A stretch of 64,000 nt of DNA from Christensenellaceae bacterium (GTDB lineage Bacteria; Bacillota; Clostridia; Christensenellales; SZUA-584). The first letter of the stretch is position 1. Every line of letters starts with the position of its first letter. Below the pieces are notes generated by a model. It was not told the DNA's origin. It saw only the letters and a program-made list of their open reading frames with translations, and did no database searches. Positions 25,026-35,795 of this stretch are shown here, one piece after another. The stretch covers positions 26,507-90,506 of the forward strand of contig CAXXXL010000002.1 of the NCBI GenBank assembly GCA_963666505.2, written 5' to 3'. Both the position numbers and the translations under genes were made by a program.

Positions 25026-25899
25026 ATTGCCTTTGCCTCTTTTCCTGAATTTCTTTTAGTAGTTCAAGATATCTTGAATATCTGTTTTTATTAATCAAGC
25101 CTTTCCCCACAGCTTCTTTTACCGAACAGTCGGGCTCATTTGAATGAAGACATGTGGAGAACCTGCATTCGTGCGAGTATGGTTCTATATCTTTATAATA
25201 GCCTGCAAGCTCTTGCGGCAGTATTTTCTCCGGCTCAAGAAAAGAGAACCCCGGAGTATCTACAGCTGTTCCGCTGAAGTCTTCCAGCAGTAAAAGCTCT
25301 GCGTGCCTGGTAGTGTGCTTGCCCCTGTCTGTCTTTTTAGACATCCCGCCCGTTTCAAGACTCAGTTCGCTGAACATTGCATTGAGCAGCGATGATTTAC
25401 CGGCAGCAGATTGGCCTGCAAAGCAGGTACACTTACCTTTCAAGCGATTTTTCAGTACGTCTATACCTTCTTTTGTGGCTGCGGACACACATATTGTATC
25501 ACAAGCTTTTCCATATTCCAAAAGCAGTTTTTCTTTCCCTGGCTCGTCTGCTGAGTCGCACTTGTTTATAATCATTATCGGCTCAATATCTTCCTTCATT
25601 GCCGCTACTATAAGCTTGTCACACAGCATAAAGTCTATCTTCGGCTTGCCTGCAGAAGCAACAATTGCGATTACATCTACATTTGCTACCCTTGGTCGTT
25701 TAAGCTCGTTTCTTCTTGCCTGGATCTCTTCTATATATCCGTTGCCGCCGCTGTCTGCTGAAAAAACGACATTGTCGCCGGGAAGAGGCGTGACACCGTC
25801 ATTTCTGAACCGCCCCCTTGCTTTGCATTCATATATCCTGCCGCTGCTCTCCAATACATAATAGAATCCGCTGACGCCCTTTAGTATCTTACCCTCCAA
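25018..25899 (-). CDS. rsgA: ribosome small-subunit-dependent GTPase A
   Basis: ORF track gives 25018..25938 (ATG). The TTG at 25899 lies 8 nt after GGAG and yields (M)EGKILKGVSGFYYV, which matches the usual RsgA/CpgA N-terminus and cuts the overlap with prkC to 11 nt. The start is uncertain. P-loop GQSAAGKSSLLN. C-terminal zinc cluster CRFSTCLHSNEPDC. Confidence 0.85.
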   Translation of the reverse strand: MEGKILKGVSGFYYVLESSGRIYECKARGRFRNDGVTPLPGDNVVFSADSGGNGYIEEIQARRNELKRPRVANVDVIAIVASAGKPKIDFMLCDKLIVAAMKEDIEPIMIINKCDSADEPGKEKLLLEYGKACDTICVSAATKEGIDVLKNRLKGKCTCFAGQSAAGKSSLLNAMFSELSLETGGMSKKTDRGKHTTRHAELLLLEDFSGTAVDTPGFSFLEPEKILPQELAGYYKDIEPYSHECRFSTCLHSNEPDCSVKEAVGKGLINKNRYSRYLELLKEIQEKRQRQYD

Positions 25900-27766
25900 T
25901 GTTCTCGCTCCGATCATAGAAATATATTTCGAATTCATATGCCAGAGATTTATTGATGAATACCTTTACTTTTTTAACTCCGCCTGTTAGGGCAAACATC
26001 TCCAGCGAGAGTGGTATTTCTCCCGGGTCTGCCTGTATTTCATGCACCTTGAAATTTACAATTTTATCATCAATCTCTTCTTCATATACTATCTTTACCT
26101 TAGAGCCTATGTCCTCTATTGTTATCTCTTCGTTCAGAACGGCCATATATTTTAGGTCATCATACATGCTTATATGAAGGTCTATATCATTGTCGAACTG
26201 TGCGGCAACACCCTGCTCCGGGCTTTGGCTTACAATTGTTCCCGGCTCTTTTTCGCTTTCCTCCTGATATACGTAGATATTCTGAAAGCCCGCTTCACTC
26301 ATTATATTTGCGGCCTGCTCCAAAGTAGTATCAACTACCTGTGGTACGGTACCCGTCTCCTTTTCAGGTTCGGATGAAATTACAAGATTTACTTCCGCCT
26401 GCGTTAGTATATCACTTTCGGCTGCGGGAATCTGGGAGATGACAGTACCTTCGATTACTGTTTCATCAATTTCGTATGTCTTTTCCGCGACGATAAGCCC
26501 CATATCTTCAATGACGCTGACCGCTTCTGTTTCCGTCATACCGATAAGATTCGGCATGTATATAACTTCCGGGCCCAGAGAAACCGTTAACACGACTGCA
26601 TCCTGAGTCTGCATGTTTGTCCCGGCATCCGGTGACTGTTCTATAATTATTCCAGCTTCAGCGGTATCATCATTATCGTATACTTCACTGTAACCCACGC
26701 CCATATCATCAAGAATGTTTTTTGCGCTTTCAATATCCATTCCGACAAGTGAAGGAAGCGCGTAGTACACATTTTGCGTAGGCTGCGCTTGAGAACCTGC
26801 AAACAATGCATTTCCTCCGAAAACACCTGCTGCAACTAAAAGTAGCAGCGCTACAGCTATAATAGTTATCTTCCAGATTTTGCTCTTTTTTAAGTTTATT
26901 GAAATCATATTAAATGCTCTGTGCTCTGTGATTTCAACAAACTCGCCGCTTTTATCTATAAGTGAAATAGTCAGGTCTTTTTTCAGCTCATCTATGCTTT
27001 CATACCTGTCATGTTTATCTTTGCTGGTGGCTTTCAGGATAATTTTATTAATCGAATCTGATATTCCCTCGTTAATCTGCTTTGGCGGAGTTATTCTTTC
27101 GTTTATATGCTTTAAAGCAACGGAAACGGACTTTTCACCGGTATACGGCAGCCTACCCGTTAGCATCTCGTACATCACTATGCCCAGCGAATAGATGTCT
27201 GAGCGCTGGTCAAGCACTTCACCTTTTGCCTGCTCTGGCGAAACATAATATACAGAGCCGATAACCTGTCCTGATTTTGAAATGCCTGACGCTACGCTTT
27301 TTGCTATTCCGAAATCTGTTACCTTTAGGTTCTCATCGCTCTCCATTAGAATGTTGTGCGGTTTTATATCACGGTGTATTATCCCTTTTTTATGGGCAGC
27401 GCTGAGTGCACTGCAGATTTGAAGAGAATATTCCACGGCTTGTTCTTCAGGCAAAGCTCCCTTGTTTTCTATTAGGTTCTTCAGTGTAGGACCGTCAATA
27501 TACTCCATGACCATATAATAAACATTTTCGTCATAGCCTATGTCGCTGACATGCACTATATGTTCATTACTTAGGGCAAATGCCGCCTGAGCCTCTCTTT
27601 TGAACCTGTCAACATATTCTGTACTTCCGGCAAATTTATCTTTTAAAACCTTTAATGCAACGATACTGTTTGTTTTCTTGCACAATGCTTTATAGATATA
27701 GGCCATTCCGCCGGAATCTATTCTGTCTTTAATTATATATCTTCCGCCAAGGGTCTTGCCTATCAT
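25889..27766 (-). CDS. prkC: Ser/Thr protein kinase with three PASTA domains
   Basis: 625 aa. Hanks kinase motifs (GGMAYIYKA, HRDIKPHN, DFGIA, SPEQ), one TM, three ~65-aa PASTA repeats and a C-terminal beta-rich domain. Confidence 0.93.
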   Translation of the reverse strand: MIGKTLGGRYIIKDRIDSGGMAYIYKALCKKTNSIVALKVLKDKFAGSTEYVDRFKREAQAAFALSNEHIVHVSDIGYDENVYYMVMEYIDGPTLKNLIENKGALPEEQAVEYSLQICSALSAAHKKGIIHRDIKPHNILMESDENLKVTDFGIAKSVASGISKSGQVIGSVYYVSPEQAKGEVLDQRSDIYSLGIVMYEMLTGRLPYTGEKSVSVALKHINERITPPKQINEGISDSINKIILKATSKDKHDRYESIDELKKDLTISLIDKSGEFVEITEHRAFNMISINLKKSKIWKITIIAVALLLLVAAGVFGGNALFAGSQAQPTQNVYYALPSLVGMDIESAKNILDDMGVGYSEVYDNDDTAEAGIIIEQSPDAGTNMQTQDAVVLTVSLGPEVIYMPNLIGMTETEAVSVIEDMGLIVAEKTYEIDETVIEGTVISQIPAAESDILTQAEVNLVISSEPEKETGTVPQVVDTTLEQAANIMSEAGFQNIYVYQEESEKEPGTIVSQSPEQGVAAQFDNDIDLHISMYDDLKYMAVLNEEITIEDIGSKVKIVYEEEIDDKIVNFKVHEIQADPGEIPLSLEMFALTGGVKKVKVFINKSLAYEFEIYFYDRSENIGG

Positions 27767-28476
27767 GACTTAGTGACCTCCGCAACGGCTATTATTACGC
27801 TTATGTTGTCAGCTCCGCCGTAATTTAGTGCAGCGTCTACAAGCCTATATGCCGCAGTTTCAATTTCCCCGGCAAGTATTTGCGCTATCTCACTATCACT
27901 TACACAGGAGATAAGGCCATCGCTGCACAGCATGATTATGTCACCGTTCTTAATATCAACTGCGAAAAAATCTGTTTCTATATCTATATGAGCACCAACC
28001 GCTCTTGTTATAACGTTTCGTTTAGGATGGTTGCCAGCTTCGTGTTCTGAAATATGACCTGCATCAATCAGCTCTTGAACGTATGAGTGGTCTTTTGTTA
28101 TCTGAGTGAGTATTCCCTGAGAAAATTTATATGCACGTGAGTCACCGACCTGGCCTATAAACACTTTGCTTCCTTTGAAAACTGCAAGCGTTGCCGTCGA
28201 ACCCATGCCTTTCCTCTCGGTGTTCCTTTTTGCGTTGCTCCATACTTCTTTATTAGCATCGCTTATTGCCTTTTTTACGTCACGTGAAGTAATATCATCA
28301 ACACTTTTATCTGCAAAAGAAGCTGCGATAGAATCGACTATCAGCTTGCTGGCAACGTCTCCTGCGTTGTGCCCGCCCATGCCGTCGGCAACAACAGCGT
28401 AGTAATCCCCGGTCAATATGCTGTCCTCGTTGTTTTGCCTGATATGTCCCTTATGTGTCATTGAATAAAACTTCAT
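27763..28476 (-). CDS. prpC: PP2C-family Ser/Thr phosphatase
   Basis: 237 aa. RQNNEDS, ADGMGGH and GGADNIS motifs. Overlaps prkC by 4 nt. Confidence 0.93.
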   Translation of the reverse strand: MKFYSMTHKGHIRQNNEDSILTGDYYAVVADGMGGHNAGDVASKLIVDSIAASFADKSVDDITSRDVKKAISDANKEVWSNAKRNTERKGMGSTATLAVFKGSKVFIGQVGDSRAYKFSQGILTQITKDHSYVQELIDAGHISEHEAGNHPKRNVITRAVGAHIDIETDFFAVDIKNGDIIMLCSDGLISCVSDSEIAQILAGEIETAAYRLVDAALNYGGADNISVIIAVAEVTKS

Positions 28477-29477
28477 ATATCCTCGCTTCTTCTTTTAAGC
28501 TGTCCGCATGCACCTTCGATATCGCTTCCCAGTGACCGCCGCACGGTAGAGCTCCTTCCTCTTTTAACAAGAGATGCCGCAAAGGCATGCGCCTGTTTTG
28601 CTGTTGGCGGCTTAAGGCTGCCGTCTGTGTCGTTGAGAGCTATAACGTTTATATGGCAGCTTAAGTTTCTTGTTGCTTCAACCAGCGCTTCTAAGTCGAG
28701 AGGTGAATCGTTGAACCCCGCAATCAGTGTATATTCTATTATAATTCGTCTTCCTGTATTTTTAAAGTAGTACTTTGCCGCTTCCATAATGTCTTTGACA
28801 GAGTATACTTTTGCAGTCGGCATTATAGTTCTTCTTTTCTCATCGATTGCGCTGTGAAGAGAAATGCTCAGATTGATCTGTATCTTTTCGTCTGCAAGTC
28901 TGTTGATCCCGTCAACTATTCCGCATGTTGAAAGAGAAATATGTCTCATCCCTACGTTCATTCTTTCGTTCAGCATATATATGAATTCTATAACGTTGTC
29001 GTAATTATCAAGCGGCTCTCCGCTGCCCATAAGAACGACATTGCTTATCTTATCCTGCTTGTCTGCTTCTATGAACTGAGAAAGCATTTCTGAGGCGCTA
29101 AGGTTCCTAATAAGGCCGTCTTTGCCTGAAGCGCAGAAAACACAGCCCATCCGGCAGCCTATCTGTGTGGAAACGCATAGCGTGCTGCCATGTTCGTATT
29201 TCATCACGACACACTCGACAATGCCGCCGCCGCTCATACGCATGAGATACTTCGCTGTTCCGTCTTTCGACTCAAGTTTTTCTGCTACTTGCGCATATCC
29301 TTCCGTAAAGTTCTCTGAAAGCCTCTGTCTTAGCTCTTTTGACAGGTTGCTCATATCGCTGAAACAAACGCCCTTACTAAGCCAGTCCCACAGCTGCTTT
29401 GCGACAAAAGGCTTTTGCCCCATTGCGGCAAGTATTTCTTTTAGTTCGTCTTTGCTCTTTGATAATAGTTCAGTCAT
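28473..29477 (-). CDS. rlmN: 23S rRNA (adenine2503-C2)/tRNA methyltransferase, radical SAM
   Basis: 334 aa. CVSTQIGCRMGCVFCASG radical-SAM cluster and C-terminal CGQL. Confidence 0.93.
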   Translation of the reverse strand: MTELLSKSKDELKEILAAMGQKPFVAKQLWDWLSKGVCFSDMSNLSKELRQRLSENFTEGYAQVAEKLESKDGTAKYLMRMSGGGIVECVVMKYEHGSTLCVSTQIGCRMGCVFCASGKDGLIRNLSASEMLSQFIEADKQDKISNVVLMGSGEPLDNYDNVIEFIYMLNERMNVGMRHISLSTCGIVDGINRLADEKIQINLSISLHSAIDEKRRTIMPTAKVYSVKDIMEAAKYYFKNTGRRIIIEYTLIAGFNDSPLDLEALVEATRNLSCHINVIALNDTDGSLKPPTAKQAHAFAASLVKRGRSSTVRRSLGSDIEGACGQLKRRSEDI

Positions 29478-30741
29478 TTTTCCTTCTCATTATAGCAATA
29501 TAGAAACCGTCAGAATCTTCTATGTGCGGATACAGCGTTACCGGCTGTTTCTTATATTCAAAATTTTTGTTTCTATCGAGAAAACTTTCAGTAACCAGTT
29601 CGTTTTCTTCTTTGTTGATTGAACAGGTGAAATAAGCCAGCGTGCCGCCTTTTTTAACGTACATCGAGCTTACATTTATTATGTCTTTTTGCAGCTTTGA
29701 CAGGGACAGTATATCCTTCATCGTTCTTGAATATCTGATGTCGGGATTTTTAGCCATCAACCCCATTGAACTGCACGGAGCATCTATCAGAACTACATCA
29801 AAGCTTTCTTTCAGGCAAGGCTCTGGTACTGTAGCGTCGTGCTTTGCAACTCTGGCATTTTTTACGCCGAGCCTGGCATAGTTCTTCTTTGTCATTTCTA
29901 TCCTGTGCTCGTGTACGTCCCAGGCAAGAATGCTTATTTCATTATCTGTTAGAGCAGCGGCATATACACTTTTACCGCCCGGTGCTGCACAGCAGTCCAG
30001 TAGTTTGCTGCCCGGTTTAACATCCGCCGACAAAACAGCTTTCATTGCGCTTTTTGACTGCACTGCGATCTTACCTTTTTTATAGATATCTGTATCTTCT
30101 ATCGAAGTGAGCCCATATACCATATATGAATCTTTTATATCACCCTTCTCGTACCGGAGCGACATCTTATTCAGTTCATCTTCCAGGCTTCCCTTTATCA
30201 AAGTGTTGTCACGAAGAAAAGTGCCTTCAGGGGATTTGTATGACAGTAGCGCTTCAGCTAATTCTATGCCGAAATCTTCAATGAATTTGCTGCACATCCA
30301 TTCTGGATAGCTGTAACGTATGCTAAGTGCATGGACGCTTTTGCCCGCCGGATATTCTATGCTGTCTTTTCTTCGCTGCAGATTTCTTAGCACTCCATTC
30401 ACAAAGCTGCTCATCTGCGGCTTTATCTTCTTGATGAGCTTAACGCTCTCATTAATTGCTGCAAATTCTGCCGTTTGCATAAAGAGCATCTGGCATGCGC
30501 CCAGCCTTAAAACGTTGCGCACACAAGCATGAACTCGCTTTGACGTTATCAGAACATCCAGAGTGTAATCAATATATAAAAGGTTCTCCAAAACGGTCTT
30601 TACAAGACGAGTTGTGAACCTTCTGTCTGCGTCACTGAGTTCCGCAGGAATGTTCTTTTTTAAAGCAAGCCCTGTATATGCGCCGTCACGCAGAACTAAA
30701 TCCAACGTATTATAGGCTGCCGTTCTTGCGGAGACCGTCAC
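29470..30741 (-). CDS. rsmB: 16S rRNA (cytosine967-C5)-methyltransferase
   Basis: 423 aa. N-terminal NusB-like domain. DCCAAPGGKS SAM motif. The DAPCS and TCS catalytic Cys motifs are present. Confidence 0.9.
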   Translation of the reverse strand: MTVSARTAAYNTLDLVLRDGAYTGLALKKNIPAELSDADRRFTTRLVKTVLENLLYIDYTLDVLITSKRVHACVRNVLRLGACQMLFMQTAEFAAINESVKLIKKIKPQMSSFVNGVLRNLQRRKDSIEYPAGKSVHALSIRYSYPEWMCSKFIEDFGIELAEALLSYKSPEGTFLRDNTLIKGSLEDELNKMSLRYEKGDIKDSYMVYGLTSIEDTDIYKKGKIAVQSKSAMKAVLSADVKPGSKLLDCCAAPGGKSVYAAALTDNEISILAWDVHEHRIEMTKKNYARLGVKNARVAKHDATVPEPCLKESFDVVLIDAPCSSMGLMAKNPDIRYSRTMKDILSLSKLQKDIINVSSMYVKKGGTLAYFTCSINKEENELVTESFLDRNKNFEYKKQPVTLYPHIEDSDGFYIAIMRRKND

Positions 30742-31661
30742 GCGAAAGACTCCGAAGACAGCTTATTGCCACGAAGGAAATCCGGAGCACTCATGCGCCT
30801 GCAGCAGGGAGCCTGTATCTCTTCAATTTTCAGCAGACCGCTGCCCGTGCCGACAATCAGTCCTTTTTTCTGGTCCGCTTCAACAACTCTGCCAGGGGTT
30901 GCGCTGCCATTGAGCACGCTCGCTTTCCACATCTTATACATATCTTCGCCCTGATAGGAATATGCGCCCATTACAGGATCTAGTGCACGTATAAGGTTGC
31001 GGATATCTTCTGCAGACTTGCTCCAGTCGATAAGCCCAAGCTGACGTGACAGCGGCGGATAGTAACTTGATTCGTTATCATCCTGCTTTATCCTTTTTGC
31101 TGTTCCGTTTTCAATGTCTTTAATAGTTTCTATCAAAAGATCTGCGCCAAGAAAAGCAAGCTTTTCATATAGTGCTCCGCCCGTCATATCATCAGTAATA
31201 TCCGTCTTAGCGAAAGATATTATATCTCCGGTATCAAGGCCCTCGTCCATATACATAATAGTTACGCCTGTTTTTTCTTCACCGTTTATTATAGCCCACT
31301 GTATGGGAGCAGCGCCCCTGTATTCCGGCAGCAGGGAAGCATGTACGTTTATACATCCAAGCTTCGGTATATCGAGTATCTGCTTTGAGAGTATCTGACC
31401 GAAAGCAGCAGTAACGATCATATCCGGACTTCTTTCTTTAACTGCCTCAACGCCCTCGTCGCTTTTGATTCTGTCGAATTGCAGGATGGGTATGTCATTT
31501 TCGAGCGCAGTTAACTTAACAGGCGGCTGCTTTGGTTTCTGTCCACGTCCGCATTTTCTGTCGGGCTGCGTAACTACTGCTGAAATGTCGTGCCCCGCTT
31601 CTATCAGTTTTTCAAGGCTGGTCACTGCAAAATACGGAGTACCCATGAAAACTATCCTCAT
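30738..31661 (-). CDS. fmt: methionyl-tRNA formyltransferase
   Basis: 307 aa. MRIVFMGTP..., INVHASLLPEYRGAAPIQ. Confidence 0.95.
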   Translation of the reverse strand: MRIVFMGTPYFAVTSLEKLIEAGHDISAVVTQPDRKCGRGQKPKQPPVKLTALENDIPILQFDRIKSDEGVEAVKERSPDMIVTAAFGQILSKQILDIPKLGCINVHASLLPEYRGAAPIQWAIINGEEKTGVTIMYMDEGLDTGDIISFAKTDITDDMTGGALYEKLAFLGADLLIETIKDIENGTAKRIKQDDNESSYYPPLSRQLGLIDWSKSAEDIRNLIRALDPVMGAYSYQGEDMYKMWKASVLNGSATPGRVVEADQKKGLIVGTGSGLLKIEEIQAPCCRRMSAPDFLRGNKLSSESFA

Positions 31662-32143
31662 TGCTCATCATCCTCTTGCGGTTCATAGTCCATCGTAGTC
31701 TCTTTTTCCATTTTGTCTACGAAAAGTACGCCGTCAAGGTGGTCAATCTCGTGGCAGAATATCCTTGCCAATGTGTCTTCAAGTTCTACGACCTCTTCTT
31801 TGCCGTCTCTGTCGAGATATTCTACCGTAATTTGCTTGGGGCGCTTTACCGTACCACGTATCCCAGGTACAGAAAGACAGCCTTCATCATCGATCTCTTC
31901 GCCAGCTTTTTTACAGATGACCGGGTTGATTATCTCGAAAAATTGGTCTTCATACTCAACTATTGCTATCCTTCGGAGCACGCCAACCTGAGGCGCTGCC
32001 AGCCCCACGCCCTGGTCGTGGTGAAGTGTTTCTTTCATATCGTCAAGCAGCTGAAGAGTGCGGCTGCTTATTTTTTTAACGTCACGTGATTTCTTCCTCA
32101 GCGCTTCGTTGTTACTTCCTGTTACAATATCCCTTATCGCCAT
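31658..32143 (-). CDS. def: peptide deformylase
   Basis: 161 aa. GVGLAAPQ, EGCLSVPG and HEIDHLDG motifs. Confidence 0.95.
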   Translation of the reverse strand: MAIRDIVTGSNNEALRKKSRDVKKISSRTLQLLDDMKETLHHDQGVGLAAPQVGVLRRIAIVEYEDQFFEIINPVICKKAGEEIDDEGCLSVPGIRGTVKRPKQITVEYLDRDGKEEVVELEDTLARIFCHEIDHLDGVLFVDKMEKETTMDYEPQEDDEQ

Positions 32144-32155
32144 TTTTGTTACTCC

Positions 32156-34384
32156 TTATATCATGTTCTGCGGGTTTATCTCTAAACCAAACGTACAATC
32201 GTAATATTTCTTTTTGTCCGAATAAATATACAACCTTTTTCGAAAATCTGCAAGTTTAGAATCGTTTAGCACCTTTATGAGTATCTGCCAGCGTGACTTA
32301 CCTTCAATTTTCTTTACCGGTGCCGGGCCAGCATCAAACAGTATTATCTGTTTTCTGATTTCTTCGAACTGTTTCTCCAGTCCGCTTGCAAAATCCAGGC
32401 AAGCTTTCCTTACCGATTCTTCCGCTTTCCCGACAAAAACTATCCTGAAAAACACAGTATACGGCGGAAGCAATGCGGCTTTTCTTACCTTCATCTCTTC
32501 GTCGAAAAACCCTTCAAAGTCGTGTTCCTTTGCAAACTTGATAGCATAGTGTTCGGGAGAATATGTCTGTATGATAACCTTGCCCGGGTCTTTTCTGCCG
32601 GCACGGCCTGCGACCTGCTCTAGCAGACTGAACGTCTTTTCCGGGCTTTTATAATCCGGTATCATCAGCGAGCTGTCTGCGGCAACGACGCCGACCAGTT
32701 CCACCTGTGCAAAATCGAGACCTTTTGCTATCATCTGTGTGCCGATAAGTATATCCGCATCTGCGTTTTTGAACTGCTCGTATATTTTAACATGCGAATC
32801 TTTTGTTCTGGTGGTGTCAAGGTCCATGCGCAGCACCCGGGCCGCCGGAAACCTTTCTTTTACAAACTCCTCAACCTGCTGGGTCCCGATGCCGAACTGC
32901 TTTATGTATTTTTTTCCGCACTGCGGGCACACTTCACGAAGCGGCCTTTTTCTGCCGCAGTAGTGGCACATTAAAGTGTCTTTGTTTGAGTGATATGTCA
33001 TGCTTACTTCACAATAGTCGCAGAACTCTACGAATCCGCATCCACGGCACATAACAAAAGTGGAGTAGCCTCTTCTGTTTATAAAGAGCATAACCTGCTT
33101 ATGGTCAGCCAGAGACTTTTTCATCTCTTCATATAGAATGCCGGAAAAAATCGTCCTGTTGCCTGCCATTATCTCTTTGCGCATGTCAGCAACTATTACT
33201 TTAGGCAATTTTAGACCGAACAACCGATTTGGCATGCTTACAAGCTCATATATACCGTTTTTTGCTTTTATGTAGCTTTCTACTGACGGCGTTGCCGAGG
33301 CAAGCACAAGGCTTGCTTTCTCAATATTCGCTCTCATACGTGCAACTTCATGAGCAGTGTATTTCGGGTGTATATCCGACTTGTAGCTTGTTTCGTGCTC
33401 TTCGTCTATTATTATAACACCTACGTCATGCAGCGGTGCAAATACTGCTGAGCGTGCTCCTATTACCACTCTTGCGTTACCAAGGACCATGCGCTTCCAC
33501 TCGTCGTATCTTTCTCCCGGAGTAAGCGTGGAGTGGTAGACGGCAATCTCGCTTCCTATCCTTCGCTCAAACATAGCGACAAGCTGGGGCGTTAGCGAAA
33601 TTTCCGGCACAAGCACTATCGCGCTTCTTCCCTGAGCAAGAAAATGTCGTACTATCTTTATATAAACCTCTGTTTTTCCGCTGCCGGTTACGCCATGCAA
33701 AAGGTATTTGCCCTGTTTTGCCGTTATCGTGTCTATTGCGTTTTTCTGGTCTTCTGTCAGCTCGAATTCTTCCTCCAGCAGCACTTCTTTCCTGGGGCTT
33801 CTGAAGGTTTCAACTATTTCGACAGATATGGCCCCTTTTTTTTCCAAAGCTGTTCTTGCTGAAGAGCTGTTTTTAACAAACGCTGAGAGTTCATTTGCTT
33901 TAAGCCGGCCGTTATCTCTAAGTGCGTTCAATACTTCAAGCTGCTTTGGCGCCTTTATCCTGCCGTCCTTTGTTAGAAGAGAAGCTGCAAATTCGTAGTA
34001 TTCTTCTTCGCCTAGGCTGATTACATATTCACGTTCGTGCTTATCGCCGACTTTTCCTCCCCTCATCTGTGACGGAAACATAAGGCGCAGAGCTGTTGCA
34101 AAGGTTGTATGGTAGTATCGGCGTATCATGCCGGCAAGAGATATCTGTGCGGGTGTGAACGCTGCAAAATCTGAAAGCACGCTTACTACGCTTTTGATAT
34201 CGCTGCCTTCATATTCGCACGTTTCGGAAATAGAAATAACATATCCTTCACGCAGTGTGTTGCCCCTGCCAAAAGGAACTTTTACTCTGAAGCCTATCTC
34301 TGCTTTTATTTCATCGGGAATTTTATATTCGAATACCCTGTCGACGTTCGAGTGAATTATGTCTACAATGACCTTTGCAAACAT
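32156..34384 (-). CDS. priA: primosomal replication protein N' (PriA helicase)
   Basis: 742 aa. GVTGSGKTEVY, DEEHE, and the Cys-rich insertion CRGCG...CDYC...CHYCG...CPQCG. Confidence 0.95.
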   Translation of the reverse strand: MFAKVIVDIIHSNVDRVFEYKIPDEIKAEIGFRVKVPFGRGNTLREGYVISISETCEYEGSDIKSVVSVLSDFAAFTPAQISLAGMIRRYYHTTFATALRLMFPSQMRGGKVGDKHEREYVISLGEEEYYEFAASLLTKDGRIKAPKQLEVLNALRDNGRLKANELSAFVKNSSSARTALEKKGAISVEIVETFRSPRKEVLLEEEFELTEDQKNAIDTITAKQGKYLLHGVTGSGKTEVYIKIVRHFLAQGRSAIVLVPEISLTPQLVAMFERRIGSEIAVYHSTLTPGERYDEWKRMVLGNARVVIGARSAVFAPLHDVGVIIIDEEHETSYKSDIHPKYTAHEVARMRANIEKASLVLASATPSVESYIKAKNGIYELVSMPNRLFGLKLPKVIVADMRKEIMAGNRTIFSGILYEEMKKSLADHKQVMLFINRRGYSTFVMCRGCGFVEFCDYCEVSMTYHSNKDTLMCHYCGRKRPLREVCPQCGKKYIKQFGIGTQQVEEFVKERFPAARVLRMDLDTTRTKDSHVKIYEQFKNADADILIGTQMIAKGLDFAQVELVGVVAADSSLMIPDYKSPEKTFSLLEQVAGRAGRKDPGKVIIQTYSPEHYAIKFAKEHDFEGFFDEEMKVRKAALLPPYTVFFRIVFVGKAEESVRKACLDFASGLEKQFEEIRKQIILFDAGPAPVKKIEGKSRWQILIKVLNDSKLADFRKRLYIYSDKKKYYDCTFGLEINPQNMI

Positions 34385-34387
34385 AAG

Positions 34388-35587
34388 TCACCTCGCTATG
34401 GTTTTTCTATACTCAAAAATACAATCTATGATATCTTTTGCAAGTTCTTGCTTTGTCTTTATCCCAAGGTCCTTCCCGCTTCCGTCTTTATATAAAAGTT
34501 TTATGTTGTTATAGTCGGAACCAAAACCCTCATCGTGTTTTCCCACGTCGTTTAGTGCAATGATATCAAGGTTTTTGTTTTTCAGCTTTTCTTTTGCACT
34601 GTTTTCATGGTTGTTTGTTTCTGCCGCAAAGCCCACCAAAACCTGCCCCGATTTTTTTCCTCTGCCCAGTTCTTTTAGTATGTCTATAGTTCTTACAAGC
34701 TCTATACTTTTGTCTTGCCCTTTTTTTAACTTTTGGGAGGAAACTTCATTCGGCGTATAGTCTGCTACTGCTGCGCACATTATCACAACATCCGAGCCGG
34801 CTGCAAACTTTGTCACGCTCTCGTGCATCTGTTTTGCGCTACGGACACTGACCATTTCAGCTTTTGCTACTGCTTCGAGTGCAACAGGGCCGGAAACAAG
34901 CGTTACGTCTGCGCCTCTTGCGACTGCAGCGGTCGCTATTGCATATCCCATTTTTCCGGACGATCTGTTGGAAATAAACCTTACCGGGTCGATATCCTCG
35001 ACTGTTGGACCTGCCGATACAAGCACTTTTACTCCATTCATATCGAACAGAGACTCGAAAACGCTCTGTGCATATTCGAGTATCTCTTCCGGTTCTTTCA
35101 TTCTGCCCGCACCTTCATCACGGCAGGCGAGCGCTCCAATGCCGGTATCCATGACATAGCAGCCACGTTTCTTTAATATTCGGATACTTTCCTGCGTAGC
35201 CTGGTTTTCATACATCGCCGTGTTCATTGCAGGTGTGAAAACAATTGGGCACCTGGCAGCAAGCAGAGTTGTCGTCAGCATATCGTCTGCAATTCCGCCA
35301 GCTATTTTTGAAAGTATATTGGCAGTGGCAGGCGCAACAATAAACATGTCCGCTCTTTTAGCAAGCGAGACATGCTTTACGTCGTGCTCTTCACTTCTCT
35401 GAAAGGTATCGGTTATCGCAGCATTTCCAGAGATAGTCTCGAACGTTAATGCGCTAATGAACTCTAAAGCGTTCTTTGTCATTATTACATGGACGTCGTA
35501 TCCCTTTTTGACAAGTGCGCTTACAAGATAAGCAGTTTTATACGCTGCAATACCTCCCGATACGCCCACGACAACCGTCTTTGGCAT
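34388..35587 (-). CDS. coaBC: bifunctional phosphopantothenoylcysteine decarboxylase / phosphopantothenate-cysteine ligase
   Basis: 399 aa. N-terminal flavoprotein domain (GVSGGIAAYK, PAMN) and C-terminal CoaB domain (SNRSSGKMG, AAVADY). Confidence 0.93.
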   Translation of the reverse strand: MPKTVVVGVSGGIAAYKTAYLVSALVKKGYDVHVIMTKNALEFISALTFETISGNAAITDTFQRSEEHDVKHVSLAKRADMFIVAPATANILSKIAGGIADDMLTTTLLAARCPIVFTPAMNTAMYENQATQESIRILKKRGCYVMDTGIGALACRDEGAGRMKEPEEILEYAQSVFESLFDMNGVKVLVSAGPTVEDIDPVRFISNRSSGKMGYAIATAAVARGADVTLVSGPVALEAVAKAEMVSVRSAKQMHESVTKFAAGSDVVIMCAAVADYTPNEVSSQKLKKGQDKSIELVRTIDILKELGRGKKSGQVLVGFAAETNNHENSAKEKLKNKNLDIIALNDVGKHDEGFGSDYNNIKLLYKDGSGKDLGIKTKQELAKDIIDCIFEYRKTIAR

Positions 35588-35589
35588 AG

Positions 35590-35790
35590 TTACACTTCTT
35601 CCGGCGTTATATACGTAATCCTGTCCTCATGTATTTCTATTGCAGCCTGTGAAACAGGGTTGGATTCCTGTTCGTCTGTTAGCGGCTGTGCGCCGTCAAC
35701 GAGCTGTCTTGCTCTTTTTGCAGATTCGACCACAAGGGTATACCTACAGTCTGCTTTGTCCTTTAATTCGCTTACTCCCGGATACATCAT
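35590..35790 (-). CDS. rpoZ: DNA-directed RNA polymerase subunit omega
   Basis: 66 aa. RYTLVVESAKRARQL motif. Located between gmk and coaBC, as in other Bacillota. Confidence 0.9.
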   Translation of the reverse strand: MMYPGVSELKDKADCRYTLVVESAKRARQLVDGAQPLTDEQESNPVSQAAIEIHEDRITYITPEEV

Positions 35791-35795
35791 TTATA